From Candidatus Doudnabacteria bacterium (lineage in GTDB: Bacteria; Patescibacteriota; Doudnabacteria; UBA920), in contig JAHFJJ010000003.1 of assembly GCA_023245895.1 (NCBI GenBank), positions 11,343 to 75,342 of the forward strand: 64,000 nucleotides of DNA, written 5' to 3'. Position 1 is the first letter of the stretch, and each line of letters starts with the position of its first letter. The notes under the pieces were generated by a model. The model was given only the letters and a program-made list of their open reading frames with translations, searched no databases and was not told where the DNA came from. A program made the position numbers and the translations under genes. Shown here in pieces: positions 62,381 to 64,000 of this stretch.

Positions 62381-62728
62381 ATGATAGAACCTGAATTACA
62401 ACATTACCTTTCCGGCATAAACCAAAGCCTAACGGAAATAAAAAATAAAAAACAGCCGGGGATATGGCGGTCGTTTTTTAACGGCATGTTTGGGGCGTTT
62501 GGTTATTTGGTTGGCATAGCGCTGGTTATTATTATAGCCGGTTGGATTTTAAACAAAACCGGTTTGTTGCCGCAGTTCCAGCAGCAGGTCAAAGACTTCC
62601 AAAGCATTATCCAGGGAGCCAAACAGCTTATGGCTCCGCCGCAGAACAAGTCCCAGCAGGGGAGTGGGGTTAAGGGAAGTTATCAGGTGACTTTGCCGGA
62701 TGGGCAAGTAGTTAATATAAACCAGTAA
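62381..62728 (+). CDS. Hypothetical membrane protein
   Basis: One TM helix, Gln-rich C-terminus. Confidence 0.3.
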   Translation: MIEPELQHYLSGINQSLTEIKNKKQPGIWRSFFNGMFGAFGYLVGIALVIIIAGWILNKTGLLPQFQQQVKDFQSIIQGAKQLMAPPQNKSQQGSGVKGSYQVTLPDGQVVNINQ

Positions 62729-62779
62729 GCCCTTGATAACTTAGGTAAAAAAGAGTAAAATATCTAAGCAATTCAACAA

Positions 62780-62855
62780 GGGCCCTTAGCTCATTTGGTA
62801 GAGCGCTTCCATGGCATGGAAGAGGCGACCGGTTCAAATCCGGTAGGGTCCACCA
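62780..62855 (+). tRNA. tRNA-Ala (anticodon GGC), G3:U70, encoded CCA
   Basis: Acceptor gggccct/agggtcc with G3-U70, anticodon stem cttcc/ggaag, loop atGGCat, T-arm accgg-ttcaaat-ccggt. Confidence 0.8.
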
Positions 62856-62940
62856 TTCGACTTCGCTCGTGGCCTTCGGCCAATAATAGAATGTCGGGTG
62901 CCTTGAGAGAACGGAGTGAGTCGAAAGGCAAAAGAATAAT

Positions 62941-63333
62941 ATGGAAACCAACCCACCACCTTTACCGCCTAAAAAACATAATCTGTTTGCCCTGGTTGGT
63001 TTTATTGTGTGTCTTCCGCCCGTTATTGGGGTTTGCCTTATTCTGCTAATCCAAAATAAGGCAGAGCCTATGGCTCATGAGGTTTTTTTGGAAAGCTTTG
63101 TTTTTCGCCCGGCTGTTGTGTACGCGATAGTTGGTACAACTTTGTCGTCAATTGCCCTTTTCCAAATTCGTAAAACAAAGTCTAAAGGAAAAGCGTTTGC
63201 TATAGCGGCGATTGTAATAGGAATCATAACTAGTTTATTCTACTATGCCTTTACCAAATTTCAGCAAGACCGAATGAACGCATATGAACTGCGAGTACAG
63301 CAAGAAATTCAGATGAAAAAACCCAGTAATTAA
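62941..63333 (+). CDS. DUF4190-like small membrane protein (Pro-rich N-terminus, two TM helices)
   Basis: METNPPPLPP..., two hydrophobic helices. Confidence 0.35.
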   Translation: METNPPPLPPKKHNLFALVGFIVCLPPVIGVCLILLIQNKAEPMAHEVFLESFVFRPAVVYAIVGTTLSSIALFQIRKTKSKGKAFAIAAIVIGIITSLFYYAFTKFQQDRMNAYELRVQQEIQMKKPSN

Positions 63334-63395
63334 TAAATATTACAGAAAAAGCCTTCCTATCTTAGGAAGGCTTTTTCTGTGGTAAAATAGATTAT

Positions 63396-63926
63396 ATGAA
63401 ATGGCGAAATTTATTTAGCAACAGGGAAGTTGGCTTTCCGCAAGCAGAGGGGCCTACTTTAATATCCCGGGAGGAGCAGGAATCTTTTGGGAAGTTTGAG
63501 ACACAACGTTTAATGCTTTTAAAGGGTATAAATACCTTGGAAGCTTTAATCAAAAGCCAAAGCGGCAACGGCTCTGTGCCGGAGCAGGCTATAGATGAGC
63601 TTAGGGATTTTCGTGGGGCATTAGGAGATTTGTGGCATGAGTTTGATTCCAGCCCTTCGGTTAATGCCAAAAAAGCAGAAGAGTTTTTGACAGAATTAAT
63701 ATTAAGACGGGAAAAACCAACTTTTAATAATGACACTGAGCGAGGGTTAATAATCCTTGGCGTCACCTCGGATTTGGAAAAAATAGTGTCTAAATTGTTA
63801 TATGAGAAAACAGTTGACAGTCGTTTTGCTGAAGCGGAAGCAAGGGGGTTGGACTATTATAAATTATTTTTACGTGCTGACAAATCTAATGGAGCCGATA
63901 AGAAGAATAAGGCTAAGACAGCCTAA
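63396..63926 (+). CDS. Hypothetical protein
   Basis: 176-aa ORF followed by hairpin aaaagaccgtgcgtatggcacggtctttttt. Confidence 0.35.
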   Translation: MKWRNLFSNREVGFPQAEGPTLISREEQESFGKFETQRLMLLKGINTLEALIKSQSGNGSVPEQAIDELRDFRGALGDLWHEFDSSPSVNAKKAEEFLTELILRREKPTFNNDTERGLIILGVTSDLEKIVSKLLYEKTVDSRFAEAEARGLDYYKLFLRADKSNGADKKNKAKTA

Positions 63927-63973
63927 TTTTATTACAAAAAAGACCGTGCGTATGGCACGGTCTTTTTTGGTTG

Positions 63974-64000
63974 GAAGCTTTGGCCCTGTACCAGTCGTCT
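63974..64000. repeat. Partial third copy of the tRNA-adjacent element (ccctgtaccagtcgtct) truncated by the window edge
   Basis: Identical to 56815-56831. Same orientation as the tRNA-Ala(CGC) copy, which suggests a minus-strand tRNA just beyond the window. Confidence 0.5.

Noticed and set aside
63392-63766. 124-aa minus-strand ORF overlapping CDS 63396-63926
   Set aside because: It is a shadow ORF antisense to a co-oriented plus-strand gene series with a terminator.
1-64000. Search for CRISPR arrays and rRNA genes
   Set aside because: No regularly spaced direct repeats of 25-40 bp and no sequence resembling conserved 16S/23S/5S cores were seen. The repeat families present are palindromic and dispersed, not arrayed.

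Overview
This is a gene-dense window from a low-GC bacterial genome with short intergenic spacers. Every tRNA gene carries an encoded CCA, and the gene set fits a small-genome, possibly CPR/Patescibacteria-like organism; that assignment is inference only. Housekeeping genes include a partial class A PBP at the 5' edge, tyrS, ruvC, yebC, rsmI, gyrA, rpsA, prs-pyrE-pyrF-pyrD, nrnA, rbfA, infB, murA (with an N-terminal HTH) and rlmH. There are 11 tRNA genes in four clusters, a polyamine operon (homospermidine synthase, two membrane proteins, ODC-like decarboxylase), two toxin-antitoxin-like pairs, an ECF sigma/anti-sigma pair, an ABC transporter pair and a TonB-like protein. The main candidate for a new system is a GC-rich island of about 7.6 kb at 33.7-41.3 kb that splits the conserved infB-rbfA operon. 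It carries five large hypothetical proteins, including a GHKL/Bergerat-fold ATPase translationally coupled to a 285-aa partner gene. Other notable observations are: five small palindromic/MITE-like repeat families, two of them inserted in frame inside pyrF, rbfA and an O-antigen-ligase-like gene; a structured element family immediately 3' of tRNA genes; a free-standing LAGLIDADG homing endonuclease inside a tRNA cluster; tandem GIY-YIG nucleases beside another tRNA; an atypical tRNA-Ile(UAU); and a DUF4258/DUF2283 cassette inserted at the murA 3' end with a duplicated murA terminus. No rRNA genes or CRISPR arrays were seen.
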